A stretch of DNA of 63,586 nucleotides, filler included, from Craspedostauros australis (taxonomy: Eukaryota), in the NCBI GenBank assembly GCA_030167865.1. It is 7 parts of 7 records of this genome, joined end to end, with 100 filler letters (N's around TTAATTAATTAA, not from the genome) between each part and the next. Parts side by side here need not be neighbours in the genome. Positions count along the whole stretch, not along the records: positions 17,089 to 34,217 come from JALAGF010005421.1; positions 34,318 to 40,713 come from JALAGF010005428.1; 5 more parts are not named here. One strand, given 5' to 3'. The notes below the pieces were generated by a model. That model was not told the origin of the DNA. It searched no databases and saw nothing but the letters and a program-made list of their open reading frames with translations. Shown piece after piece: positions 24,505-37,600 of the stretch. The position numbers were made by a program, and so were the translations under genes. Position 1 is the stretch's first letter. The number at the start of each line of letters is the position of its first letter.

Positions 24505-25278
24505 CAGGAGTTTGATTCCCTTGCAATCGCGACTCTAGGCTGACAAGAATCTCATCTTGTTCCTTTGACAATACCGGCGGCAGCGCTGGCCGCAGCCTCA
24601 AAGTACAACATGATGTAATACTTCACAATAGATTTTGATAACCCAATTGCTCTGGCGTACTCGGTTCGATTCAACCTCCACATGGCACGTTTTGCTCTGT
24701 CCGCTCTTGCAACGGTCCGCCCAATCGTATTGCTGTATCGGCACTCTGTTGTCTTCGAGCAGACTCATGGCCGTGCGTGTAGAGATACGCACAGACGAAT
24801 TACTCGCATTGCGTGCGTACGGGTACGAAACATTGGAGCGCTCCGATCTATTCGTACTCCGGTTTCACGATCAGCCGGAGAAGGTCGAAATTGGGCTCGC
24901 GTGCCGCAGAGTCGTGTGCCAACATCCGTGGACGTCGGTGCTGTTGTGAGCAAGCGCACACAAACACATGAGGCCCTGGACAAAACATGATGGTATGTAG
25001 AATAGCATGTAATCAGCCAAATCGGACCTTGCCACTTCGCGAGCACAACCATATATCTCCCTTGATCACAGAGCTTATATGTGCATGCACACAATCATCA
25101 TGGCGAGTGTCAGAACAACGAGGTAGCTTGACTCCGTCACTCCACGCACACGTCCACGCTGCGCTATTGTCAGTACGAAAGGCAACAACCAAAATGAAAA
25201 TGATGTGTGGAGCATGACATTATGATTATCTGTAGTATAAATTCACCAACTACACCAACAAGTAATCCGGTTGACTTG

Positions 25279-25350
25279 GACGGTGTGGCTCAATGGCAGA
25301 GCATTGGTCTTCGGAACCAAAGGTTGTGGGTTCGAGCCCCATCATCGTTA
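25279..25350 (+). tRNA. tRNA-Arg(TCG)
   Basis: Acceptor stem GACGGTG/CATCGTT, D arm GCTC-AATGGCA-GAGC, anticodon arm TTGGT-CTTCGGA-ACCAA, T arm GTGGG-TTCGAGC-CCCAT, and TTTT just downstream. Confidence 0.9.
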
Positions 25351-25552
25351 TCACCTTTTGCTCGACCACAGCGCGATGAAGTGGCATACGGGTTTTGCGC
25401 CCGCAACATGCCCGATACTTTTACTCTGCTCCGATCGTACCTACACTGGAACATTCTGCTACTCGTACGAGCAATGGTGCATGCTGATGACGACGATGGT
25501 GTGAACCAACTTTGCGGCACTCTCTGTAAGTATTATGGTTTCAGCTTTTGGT

Positions 25553-28290
25553 TCAAGCCGACACTTTGTGCAAGTAATCGATCTTGATCATGAGATCCGC
25601 CTTCTTTGGATTCTTCTCGAGTTCTGGCGACACATCCTGCGCATCCCATCATGGTTGTCGGATGGGACAAGACGCACAATGGAACAGAGGAGGAATAGCA
25701 GATGCGCAAAAAAGAATGTCTGGGTTAGAGAGTCTTCTTCCAATGTGCTTGCCTTTTCCACCAAATATCTCAATGATGATGGATCTACCAGCCTCCAATC
25801 AGTCCATCTATTAGTCTCCAAACGAGTACATATCTGATAGTTTGCAGCGCAATGATCGTAGCCAGCCCATCAAGAAGAGTAACGGCAACGGCAACGGCAA
25901 CAACATCGACACCATCAGCAGCGACTTACATGAGATTCGAGATATTCGATCATTTCTTGCTTCGTTTTGCGTTGCAGCTGCGATTTCGAAATCGTTGCCC
26001 ACTCCATGGCAACAGGTGGACCATGCTCTTCGTCGCCTCTATCGCTATCTTCTTCGTCGCTACCTTCATTGCCTCCGTCATCGCCTTCGTTGGCCCTTTC
26101 TACGTTTACGTCGTTGACTTCAGCGGCTCCATCCAGCGCATGCGCCGAACGCATCGGGATGCCCAGCGTCTTGGAAATGTACATGATCTTCGGTACATCC
26201 TTCAGGTCGCCCAAGACGATGGAATCCCCTGGAAGACCGTTGCGTCCTGTTCGGCCCGACAGGTGTATGTACTCGGACGGCGAAGTGGGTGGCGACAGCA
26301 TGACCACGTATCGAACGCCCTGGATATCAAGGCCCCTGCCTAGATTCCGAGTTGCCACGTGGATGGTCGTATCCCGCCATTCCGACCCAGTGACACTCTC
26401 GGCTGGTGGGTTGGAGGCGGTGATTACAGAGACTCTTTCATACGTGCGTGTCTTCAACGCTTGCTGCGTTAGTTTGATATCATATTTTCCGGTGAATATC
26501 AACACGGGCGCCGGAGGGAGGGTGTCGAGAAGACCTGACAGGCAGCAGATTACATCCATGACGTCTATGCCTCCATCGGTCTTTCCGTCGGTGAGCATGT
26601 AGTTATGCTTCAACGTATCCGAGAGCAACGCGGACGACCGCCCTGCCGCATCCTTTCCTGTCCTCCTGTCCCCGACGGCGGTGATAAGATGTGCGGCTCT
26701 GTCCATGCTGGACGCATCGACAATATCCATAATCTGCCGTCGCAGCGTCCTCCCGACCGTGGCGCTGGCGCAGATGATTTGGAGCCGATCTGTCGGCAAC
26801 GCACCCAGCAGCTTCTCGGTCTGCGTTTGACCCGTGCCCACAGCGGTGGCTGGCTTCTTGCCTGCGCGCTTGGGCGCGCCCTTGGCAGGAGGGGCCTGCG
26901 AGAACGATTGGGTGCGCAGCAAGCGATCCGCCTCGTCCAGAACCACTGTTTGCAGGTTTGACAGGATCTGTTTTGCCCGTATGTTCCTGTCCTTCATCAT
27001 AACTGCCTTCGACGGCGTCGTGGGTTCAAGATCAGGGATGTCCATGATGGCACCCATCTCGCTCAGCAGGTCCTGGAAGGAATCCTCGGACGTCTTTCGT
27101 GGTTTTGGCTTTGCGGACGCCGCAGCTTCCACTTCGTTCCAGAAGGCTCGCAGACCGCGAGGAGTTCCAGCCACGATGCAGGACGAATCAAGGCTGTCGA
27201 TCGCATCCGCATCGGCCTCCTCCAAATCCGCAACATAAAGCAAGGACCTCCCATCCTCCTGATCCTGCGGAGGCCACAGGCGATTGACTTCGCGCTGCAG
27301 CTGGTACGACAGCGTGAGCGTCGGCGTGACCACCATGATCATGGCCGGCAGCCTCTTGCCGCTCTTGGAATTCGCCAGCAGCGGCAGCAGGTACGCGAGG
27401 CTCTTTCCGCTGCCGGTGGGCGACGCGATGATGGCGTTGCGATTGATGCTGGTGATGGCCGTTCTGTTGGTGAGAGCCGTGAAGGCGGCGGTCTGCACAG
27501 CCGTCGGTTGTTCCATGCCAGCATCGACGAGCTGTTTCTTGAGGACCGGGCCGACGGAGAGCGATCCCCACAGGAACGGATTGTTCTTTGGCGTTGGCTT
27601 TGGTGTTGGTTTGGGTGGTGATGGTGAAGTGGGTTCCTCTTCTTGTACTTCTTGTACTTCTTGTCCTTCTTGCTTGTCTGCGTCGCCCATCTGAGGCTGA
27701 GTGGGAGCCAGCGTGGCTGCCAACTCGTTGAGCATGATTTCGCCCTGTCGTATCGTTTCAGGAATGGTGAAACTTGCGTCGTCTTCATCATTACCGCTGC
27801 TGCTGGTGCTACTGCTGGAAGAAGCGCCAACCTCGACTTGCTTGTACAGCAGGTCGCCTTCTTTTTCCCATTTCGGAGGCTTCGGCCCTCTCTTGACCTT
27901 GATGCCTGCGGCTCGCTTCTCGTATCCTGTCATTGGGCGATTCTTCGGCTTGTTTGCGCGATACCTGTTTGTGCGATCCCTGCCTGCGAAGAGAGCCATG
28001 GAGGAGCGTTGCGATGCCGTATTGCATGCTGTGCGTTGCATTGGCAACCGATGCAGCGATGAGTTGGGGACGGCATGCGAGTGCTCAGCAGTAGTTGTAT
28101 GAGGCTCCTGAGGGTTGCCTTGATGTCGCCAGGTTCTTGGTTGGGACAGAACGAATGCTGTCGCCTTCAGTGGCTGGAGAATCCATACAAGTGCTTGCAG
28201 CAGTGCGATGAGGACCAGTCCACTGCGACCGTTGGTTATCCATGAAGCCGTCCACATCGTCAAAGGTGTGGGATCTTCGGACGTTGGCAC
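25553..28290 (-). CDS. DEAD-box RNA helicase, 2 exons (28290-25930, 25636-25553), probably plastid-targeted
   Basis: Q motif PTAVQ, SPTGSGKS, PTLTL, GTP, LDEADRLL, SAT, GRGLDI and YIHLSGRTGR. Hydrophobic N-terminus with ATAF. GTAAGT donor at 25929 and CAG acceptor at 25637; the in-frame last exon reads DVSPELEKNPKKADLMIKIDYLHKVSA. Confidence 0.88.
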
Positions 28291-28510
28291 ACAGTTCTAT
28301 TATGTTTCTGCGAGGATTTGTTGTGTGATGGGTGTGTGGGCGTGTGGGTGTGGAAGATTTCGGGGTCGAAGTTGTTTTGTGATGGGTGGATGTGGCTTGA
28401 TGTGTTTTGTTCTGCGCCCGACAATGGCGCCAGACGGAACAATCGAGAAACAAGTGACACTTGTAGCTTGTACAGCATAGTGCAAAATTTGGACACTGCA
28501 ACCTACTCAT

Positions 28511-28592
28511 GACAACGTGGCCGAGTGGTTAAGGCGATGGACTGCTAATCCATTGTTCTTTGAACGCGAGAGTTCGAATCTCTCCGTTGTCG
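28511..28592 (+). tRNA. tRNA-Ser(GCT)
   Basis: Acceptor stem GACAACG/CGTTGTC, TGGCCGAGTGGTTAAGGC, anticodon arm ATGGA-CTGCTAA-TCCAT, long variable arm, GAGAG-TTCGAAT-CTCTC and a TTTT terminator. Confidence 0.96.
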
Positions 28593-29147
28593 TTTTGCTG
28601 TGGCGAGGTTCGTTTTGCTTTTTGACGATTTTGCACAGCCCATTTTCTCGTTTCACCTTTCTTTCTCTTGTTTTTTTTCAATCACGTCTTTTTTGGACGT
28701 TTGGATGAAAGTGACGACCAATGACATCACTCGACTTGTTCCCAGGTCACCACGTGACCTTCTTCCAGTTTCTGTTTCGAAATCTGTTGCACCACCAAAC
28801 GATGTTTCATTTTCTTCTGTCTGAAAACCGTGACGTTGTGTTCCAGAATCCTTCTCATCCGTCACTTCACGCACACACACATCACCACTCCCTCCACTCT
28901 CGTCGCCACACCTTCACGCCCCCACAACCATCACACCTGTCGCATCATCGACATCATCGAAATCATTCTTGTTCTTCCACGCATCGATCACGTCTACTGC
29001 CATAAACTTCGCATCCACCAGTTGCATCCATCCATTACATCCATCGTGGACACAATACGAGACGCGCCATTCGTACTTCGCAACTGCCATCATCAGCATC
29101 ATCAGCAGCAACATTCTCGTGGAGTACTCTACATACTGAAGCAAACA

Positions 29148-31396
29148 ATGTCGACCCCGTCGTGGACCATAGAAGGGTACTGTGCTGCGCAAGCCCCGCC
29201 GGTTGACCTCGCGCAGCTCCCGCCGTCGACCAGCACCTTCTTCCAGCATCTCAATCTCTCGCAGGTGCATCCATTCTGCGGAGACGGCGCGCCGCAGACG
29301 CCCTACGAACTTGACGGAGTCCCCGTCATGGGCCCTCTCCAATCCAGGTTCGCGGCGGACACCCATCCCACCATCCTCAGCGTCATCGTCACGTTGTCCA
29401 AGATCGCGGCACCGTCATTGTTGGCCATGTCGGAGCTCTGGCTCAGGCTGTTCGCCGGCGCGTTGGCCCCGCTCTGCATCAGCTACCTCCTGCTCCGATC
29501 ATTCTTCGATCAGCGCTCTCTCGGCGCGAAGAGTGTGGGGGGCGAAGTTCGCGCGCGCCAAATGCTCTCCATCACGAGCATCATCAGCGTCGCTTCCGCG
29601 TTGGTGGTCATGACGGACACGCTGTACGTGCTGGAGCTCGGCGCCGCCTACGGCTGCATGCTCTTCCTCGCCGCGGTTTCCATCTCCGTGTGGACCTGCG
29701 CGCGCCGCAACCTGCGCGTGGCATCGGCCGTCATCACGGGGCTCGTCGTGCTCAGCGCGTCCCTCGTGTGGGACAACGAGACGAAGTCCCTCACCTTCGG
29801 CGATATCGCGGACCGGGTCGACATCGAGGAGGGTCTGTACTTCGACGCATCCAATTCCCTCGTGGGACAGATCGTGCAGGAGTGGCCCAAGCTCAATCGG
29901 ACGTATTCCGCCGCCACCGGCAAGACGCCGTGGATCCAGACGGGAGATTCGAAGACCGGCATGCCGTTCTTGCTCAACAAGGTGAAGGCGGTCGACTTCA
30001 CCAGGACCTTCCTGCCGACCGGCGATGGCGAAGTCGTCGCGATGGACGTGTCAGCGCCAGCGAGCGGCCACGACACCTCCAAGCCGCTCTTCATGGTCCT
30101 GCATGGACTCAACGGCGGCAGCTCGGAGGAGTACATCCAAGACTTTACGCATCGCGCCAACGCCGATGGCTCCACAGTTGTTGTCTACGTCGCCAGAGGC
30201 TTGATGGATACGCCAATCCGAGGGTAAGTTTGCAAACCACCGAGTTCGTTTGTGTTCCTTGAGACTCCCGCATCTTATTTTTGGTATGCATGCGATGATT
30301 CATCTGGATTGCGGGAGTGCCACAGTCTGCTCCATTCCATTCCATGCATGGGTACGGCATATCGTATCGCATCATGGCATGACATGACATGGCTTGGTGC
30401 TCGTACATGCCACAACACTCCAACTCGTTCATGAAGCTTGGGCACTCACACGTTGTCTCCATGCATTCCATTGTCGACTGTCTGTCTGTCATCTGTCTGT
30501 CTGTCTCCATTTATCAATCTGTATGTTTGTATATTTCTGTTTCTTTTCCAACATGTCTGTCTGTCTGTCTATTCGATGGATCAAATTCATGTCGCCATCG
30601 TCAAATGATCCGTAGCTGGGACCTGTTTCATGGCGCTCGCACAACCGACGTGCATGCTGCCGCCACAGCACTGCGCAGGGCGATAGACAGCTACGAAGAT
30701 AACAATCAGCTGCTCGTGGGTGTCGGTTACAGCATGGGTGCCATCATCCTGAGCAACTACGTGTCCAGGTACGGCCCGAAGGTCGAGCTGGATGCCGCCA
30801 TGCCCATCTCCGGCGGCCTGGACATGAGGTATCAGGCCGATTTCTACCGTGCCCAGCGGCTCTGGCAGCCGATGCTGACAGAGACGTTGCGAGATCAGTT
30901 CCTCCTCGGCAAGTGGGGCCAGCGTGTCACCAGCAGGCTCACCTCCGAGGAGATGCTGCGGCTGCTGCGGGCGACGCACGTGACCGAGGTGGATGAGCAC
31001 GCTGTCGTGCCCTACCACGGTTTCGACAATCTGAACCATTACTACAGCGAGATGAGCGCGCTGGGGGACATTCCGACCGAGAACTACAAGAGTACCGACG
31101 CCAACGGAGCGGGAGCCATCCAGGGCGTTTCCATCCCGTTCTGCGTAGTGCATGCCTTGGACGATCCCCTCATCACATGGAGGGCAGTCGCAGCGAACGA
31201 AGGCTTCTTGCACCCCAGCAACCTCGTTCAGTCGGGAGACGGCAACACGATGATCTTGCTGACAAAGAGCGGAGGTCATGTGGGATGGCCCACGGGAATG
31301 ATCCCGTTTCTGGACAAGTGGCGGTGGATGAGCGAACTGCCGCTGAGCTACGCCGCTGCCGTGGACAAGGCGAGGCGAAAGGCAAACCAGAACTGA
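29148..31396 (+). CDS. Membrane-anchored alpha/beta hydrolase (ABHD1-3/YheT-like), 2 exons (29148-30223, 30616-31396)
   Basis: Several TM helices, then LHGLNGGS, ARGL, nucleophile GYSMG, DDP and GGHVGW. Intron 30224 (GTAAGT) to 30615 (TAG) joins IRG-WDLFHGART in frame. Confidence 0.88.
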
Positions 31397-31671
31397 ACCA
31401 GGTAGAGTCCAGTGAACGGAGGTGGAGCCTACTTGCATGATACCACCATCTTGCGGGCGCCAAAAACCTGCCTGTCTGTGGATCAAAGGTATTATACGAG
31501 CCACGAGTATCCGCGCTGTTCCAACCTGACGCAGCACATCGCAGCATAGCACAAGGCAGCAGTGCTGGAGAGTCAAGCATAATGCCTGCGAGTATTGTAT
31601 TATGCTAAATACCGCGACCGTAGAACCGCACCACGAAATAGAAACAATCCTCCGTCACCATCCAGTGATAG

Positions 31672-33600
31672 GAGCAGCTCACTCCTAGCACATGTACGAC
31701 CTGCAGAGAATGTAAAATGGGTCGCGATAGCACTAGTTGTGGAGTTTTACTCGTGATGAGTCGTGATAAAGTAGACTAAAATAGAGCACACCCAAAACCA
31801 TCCAAATTACTGCTTATGATGCTATATCTCAACACCACATCATTTAAAATTAAAACTAGACAGTGCATTCGGACGCTTGGATATCAGTGATTCTGAATAT
31901 CGAAGTTAAATTTGTATGAACTTTATTTTTAATGTCGTTTTGGCTTGCTGTCTGTCAGGTGGTGGNNNNNNNNNNNNNNNNNNNNNNNNNNNNNNNNNNN
32001 NNNNNNNNNNNNNNNTTCTCGATGGCACCATGCTGCCCTACCTTCACCACCCATGATCATCATTATCATCCCTGGCATTTTCACAATCTGCGCACCACAA
32101 TGGCTCCGGATACTCCCCATCTATCCACCCCATGAAGCGCTCCGAGTCCAATGTGCATTTCACACTCCAAACTGTCCCTGCACTGAAAAGCAGAAATTTC
32201 GAACACTCGATTCCGACGCGCATGCCGTTTGGATTTGGATCCGTATCTCGTCGATAGGACCCTTGCAGCTTCTTCACATGCCCCTCATGCGTTCCCACGT
32301 TCTCTGGCGACACACTGATGTGTTCAAAATGGTTGGGGCGTTCATACCTCCAAAGTTACATCTCCATGTGCTGACGCCAACATGGAGTTTTTGCGACACC
32401 CCAAAAACACCATTTTGTGTCCATCCCAGGCTGCAGCCTCTTCCAGACAATCCTACTCGGAATCTCCTCCATATCCTTGTTTCTGATTTGATTCTGAACC
32501 CATCTGCGATGGGTGGCTTGGCGATCTGGGTGACTTGTCAATGGCGCCCATCACCACCCAAGTCACGTGATGTGTCCGCCGCCACCCACCAAAAAACTCT
32601 TGCCCNCCACTTGNTTCTTGCGGAGGGCACCTTCCAGGCNACCCCCGACCCTCAAACTTCGTGTGCATCTTCANCGTATCCTCTTGGATACGTCTTGCCC
32701 ATCCATGGTCGTTGGAATGGCCTGTGCATTCCAGGCAGAGACCATATCCAACGAGCTGATGTTCCTCCGAATCGTATCGTCTGCGCGTGGGCCTGCGACG
32801 GCCCCAAATCAACCACTCCGGCAACCCCCTCTCGCTCATCTACNNNNNNNNNNNNNNNNNNNNNNNNNNNNNNNNNNNNNNNNNNNNNNNNNNGTGGGGA
32901 GTTCGTACCTCCAAAGGTACATCTCCATGTGATGATGCCATCATGCTGTTTTTCCGACACCCCAAAAAAACCATTTTGTGTGCATCCCAGGCTGCAGCCT
33001 CTTCCAGACCGTATCTGCGCAGGATACTTCGTCATAGCCATCTTGAGTTGATTACGAACACATCTTGTATGAGTGGCTTGGCGATTTGGGTGACTTGTGA
33101 ACGGCACCCATCACCACCCAAGTCACGTGATGTGTCCGCCGCCACCCGCCAAAAAACTCTTGCTCTCCACTTGTTTCTTGCGGAGGGCACCTTCCAGGCC
33201 ACCCCCGACCCTCAAACTTCGTGTGNATCTTCATCGTATCCTCTTNGATACGTCTTGCCCATCCATGGTCGTTGGAATGGCCTGTGCATTCCAGGCAGAG
33301 ACCATATCCAACGAGCTGATGTTCCTCCGAATCGTATCGTTTGCGCGTGGGCCTGCCACGGCCCCAAATCAACCACTCCGGCATCCCCCTCTCGCTCATC
33401 CACCAAGCTTTACATGGCGGTTCCGCCTATGCCCTCGGATCTTGCACTGGACCGCTGGTTGTGGCAGTGACGATGATGCCGTTCGACGGCGCTTGAGGAG
33501 TTTTGTTGTGTTTCTCCATTGTCGTGTTGTTGTGTTGTGTTTGGTGTTCTCAAACAGTTTTTGCTGTTGGGGGCCATGGAGATTAACCACAAATCTACCG
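31672..33600 (+). mobile_element. Diverged Sola3-like 3'-region block without transposase (copy D); boundaries approximate
   Basis: 31722-33540 aligns by eye with 17740-18950 and 59070-60290. Part of it is duplicated (about 32335-32843 vs 32894-33400). Confidence 0.65.
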
Positions 33601-34317
33601 AATGTGGCAACCAATGCGAACATTTTTCGAGTCCCGAATTGCGCCTCCATTCCACAACAACAAAACTGACCTCACAAAGTGGACAACGGAAACAATGCGC
33701 ATCTGGGACGACCTGCTGTAGATTCTCTGCTGCTTGTAGCCATTGCTTTTACAACAATGTACAATGACTGTGACTCTCCACATGAGAGAGAGAGTGGATG
33801 ATACAATGCACCTTGTGCCCGTCCTCCAATGTTGCCCGTGCCCCTTGTGATGCGCTGCGACGTGCTGTGCTTCGATGGCTGGTGATGCGATGCGCTGTCT
33901 CGCTGTCCTCGTGTGCCTGGTGTGCGATGCGACGCACCTTTCAAATCAACTGCAGCCTCCATCAACACAGCACACACCATCCTGCAACCACTGAACTCTT
34001 CACCTTGCAAGCATGCTGCGCGTTGGTGACTGTGTGAAGGTGGCACCCCACCAGAGCGCAAGTGGCAGGGTCCATGACCTGGGCGTATGTCATGTTGAGT
34101 TTGCAATGAAGCAGACCACGGACGGAGCTACAGTCAAACGCGACAGGCCTCTTGCACCAGGAGAGGTGGCAATGGTCATGGTGACCCCAGTGATGGGGCA
34201 GAGCCGAATGTATGTTGNNNNNNNNNNNNNNNNNNNNNNNNNNNNNNNNNNNNNNNNNNNNTTAATTAATTAANNNNNNNNNNNNNNNNNNNNNNNNNNN
34301 NNNNNNNNNNNNNNNNN

Positions 34318-34640
34318 CAGATGCTAACGTGTATTTAACGCGTACCAAACGAACGACAATCCCGGCGTCTATTCCATGATTGGATACCATACGATAAATG
34401 CATGAGAACATGATCGAACTTTCTGCGAAACAACTAGGAATTTCATGGGGATCGACCCATACGACTTCAGAAAACCTTTGAATATGCATAAAACTTAAAA
34501 TAGGATCTATCTCAAAAATGTAATGGTTAATTATTTATAAGGAGAGGTGGGAGAATACGATTATATGCTTGGTTTGGATCTACTGAAAAAATGTTCTTGA
34601 GTCCCGTAACAAAGTGCAGGTCGACTCACTAAGGCGGCTC
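34318..34640 (+). mobile_element. Right terminus of a Sola3-like element (copy B)
   Basis: Shares AAAACTTAAAATAGGATCTA..CAAAAATGTAATGGTTAATTATT and GGTCGACTCACT...GGCTC|TTAG with 19525-19679. Confidence 0.7.
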
Positions 34641-34651
34641 TTAGAGAAAGT

Positions 34652-37600
34652 TGAAATTCACCGATCTTAGTTAGGATTCGGGCGTAGACGTCGCGAATCG
34701 GTGGAGAATGCCTTGTGAATCTGCCGGCTTTGGGATAGCCGTGTGATGCAGTTCAAGAGAGGTGTATTGATTGAAGAGTTGTAACTGTAACGATGAGTAG
34801 CAGAGTGCTTTGTAGCTAATCCTTGTCTGTTATTATGAGTTAGCTTATTGGTGTTAGTAGGGTGAAGAAACGATGCCACACAACTTGGCGAGACCCTGCA
34901 CTGATGTACTTGATTCAGTGCAACAGAGTAGACAATCATTACAGTGCTTTGCTCTCCGTACATGTAGTTACACTGCAGTGTAGGTCATGACACCTAGTGG
35001 TGACGGCCATGAAGCAGTGGCTGTGGCTGAAGCTGGCCCTCGGATTCCATTGCTTGAGTTGAAGCAAGTTGGATATGCATGTTGAGACCACGGTGGTAGT
35101 GTGGTGGTCATCAGCATGAAGGAATCGAAGTATGTTGTAGTAAGGAGGATCTGAAGAGCATATAGTTCCCAGGTGGGGTGTGAGTCAGGTCGGTCAGGTT
35201 TGAGTCATGATGGATTCGTGAATGGAGGAGAGNNNNNNNNNNNNNNNNNNNNNNNNNNNNNNNNNNNNNNNNNNNNNNNNNNNNNNNNAAGAATTTCTCC
35301 CATCGGGTTGATACCGTGTTCGGTAATAGTCTGTCCCTCATTGAATCTCAACTCTCCCTCTCAGTGTTGGGTTGTGGTTAGAGTTGTGGTATCGATGAAA
35401 ACTTCATCCTTCGTTGTTGTTTGTTGTTGTTGGTTGTTACCAACCCATGATCTTGAATCGTAGGTATTCAAAGACTGCAATGGACAATCCTTTGGTGAAG
35501 ATGTCGGCCAGTTGCTCCGGTGTTGCGATGTGCTGGATGTAGATGAACCCTGCCTTGACCCAGNNNNNNNNNNNNNNNNNNNNNNNNNNNNNNNNNNNNN
35601 NNNNNNNNNNNNNAGTCAGGTCGGTCAGGTTTGAGTCATGATGGATTCGTGAATGGAGGAGAGGAAGGAGGAGAAAAGATTTGGTGGTCAATCAAGTTGG
35701 AAGATTTTGCGCCAAAACAAGAATTTCTCCCATCGGGTTGATACCGTGTTCGGTAATAGTCTGTCCCTCATTGAATCTCAACTCTCCCTCTCAGTGTTGG
35801 GTTGTGGTTAGAGTTGTGGTATCGATGAAAACTTCATCCTTCGTTGTTGTTTGTTGTTGTTGGTTGTTACCAACCCATGATCTTGAATCGTAGGTATTCA
35901 AAGACTGCAATGGACAATCCTTTGGTGAAGATGTCGGCCAGTTGCTCCGGTGTTGCGATGTGCTGGATGTAGATGAACCCTGCCTTGACCCAGTACCAAA
36001 AGAAGTGCCACTTAGTCAGGAAGTGTTTGGTGTGCGCGGTTGGTTGATGATTGGTGGCAAGGGAGATGCAAGCTTGGTTGTCCTCAAAAACAGTGCACTG
36101 GAGGTTGGTGTGCAGCGGCATGTTGGTGCCTGCATTGTTGATGACTTGGCGGATGAGCTGTTGGATGGGGATCAACGTGCGCATTGCCAGAGAGAGAGAG
36201 CGGCGTACTCGGACTCCATCGTGGATAGAGCAATCTCAGTTTGGAGTTTGGACTTCCAAATGAGGGGGCACCCTCCCAATGTGATGAGGTAGCCGGTGCG
36301 CGACTTGACGGAGACGGGGTCCTTGTTGTCTTCTCGTCCGTAGAGCCCTGCGAAGTCTGCATCCACGTAGCACTTGAGATCGAGCTGCCCGGTGGGATGC
36401 ACGATGGTGCCCTTGTCCTCAGTGTGCTTGAGATAGCGCATGATGCGCTTGATGGCCTTCGCGTGTGAGCGGCGAGGGTCGCTTCCGAAGCGAGCGACTT
36501 GGGAAACTGCGAACGCTAGGTCAGGGCGAGTGTTGGTCATGAGATACAGCAACATGCCGACGACGGAGCGGTAGTTCCATGGTTCGTTCATGGGTGGCTC
36601 ATCCTTGCACTGTCCAAGTGCGAGCTGCGTAGTTGGTACGGGGCACGGACTGCAGTTCGCCATTTTCGTGGTGGCGAGGATCTTTTTGATCAATCCTGGC
36701 TGGCGGAGATGGACCGTGTCTGCTTTTGGGTCACGGCTGAGCTCGATTCCCAGGAACTCGTTGAAGCTTCCTTCTTGGGTGAGCTTGAAGCCGAGATCGC
36801 GCATTGACTTGATAAAGTCGTCGGCGGCTTGCTTGGTCTTGGAGGCGATGCCCGCGTCGTCAACGTAGAGGACGATCATGATGTCTTGTTTGATGAACAA
36901 GCACTGCTCTTGGTCGCAGGCCTTGAAGCCGATCGTAGTGAGAGCTCGAATCAGGTGTTCGTACCAGAGGCGAGGAGCAATCGTCAAGCCGTACAAGCTC
37001 TTGCGGAGCTTGAGGCAGGTGTCAGGGCCCTTTGTTGACTTGAATCCGCGAGGGAGATGAAGGTACACAGGCTTGTGGATGGATGCTTGCACGAATGCGT
37101 TCGTGAAGTCGATGGACGTTGTTGCCCAGCCCATGACGATGGAAGTGCTGAGGAAGATGCGGACGGATGACCAAGCGACGACTGGTGCGTAGGTGGAGGC
37201 GTCCTCATTCATGAGGTCTCCACGGCAACACCAGCGTCCCTTGTATTTCTTGATGGTTCCGTCGGGGAGGCGCTTACGGCGAAAGACCCAGGTTCCCGGA
37301 AAGATGCGATCGTTGACGACGTCGATCTTCTTCACTTCCTCCCACGTTTCTTTTTCCGTTAGATCCCGAATCTCCTTTTCGGCGGCTTGCATCCACTCGT
37401 CCTTGTTGTCATCGCGAATGGCTTCGTCGAAGGAGAGAGTGTCTGGGTCGGTGTTGGATGCCTTGTACACCGAGGTGCGTTCGGCGATATCCAAGTCGCC
37501 ACCTGCGGCGAAGTAGCTGATCATGCGATTATCGACGTAGGTGGGGAAGTTTGTTGCATCCTTCTGTGGCTCGATGATTGCGACAGAGTAAGCATGCTGC

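Noticed and set aside
30340..30570. (TCTG)n, (TTCCA)n and (CATGA)n runs
   Set aside because: Ordinary intronic microsatellites.
32335..33400. ~560-bp tandem repeat inside the cargo block as a real array
   Set aside because: The junction is an N gap and the copies contain ambiguous bases; paralogous contigs placed in tandem cannot be excluded.
35184..35993. Tandem duplication of the Copia 3' end/LTR start
   Set aside because: The copies look identical and are bounded by N gaps, so this is a scaffolding overlap. The same applies to 19143-19293, 53894-54097, 56502-57660 and probably 62109-63167.
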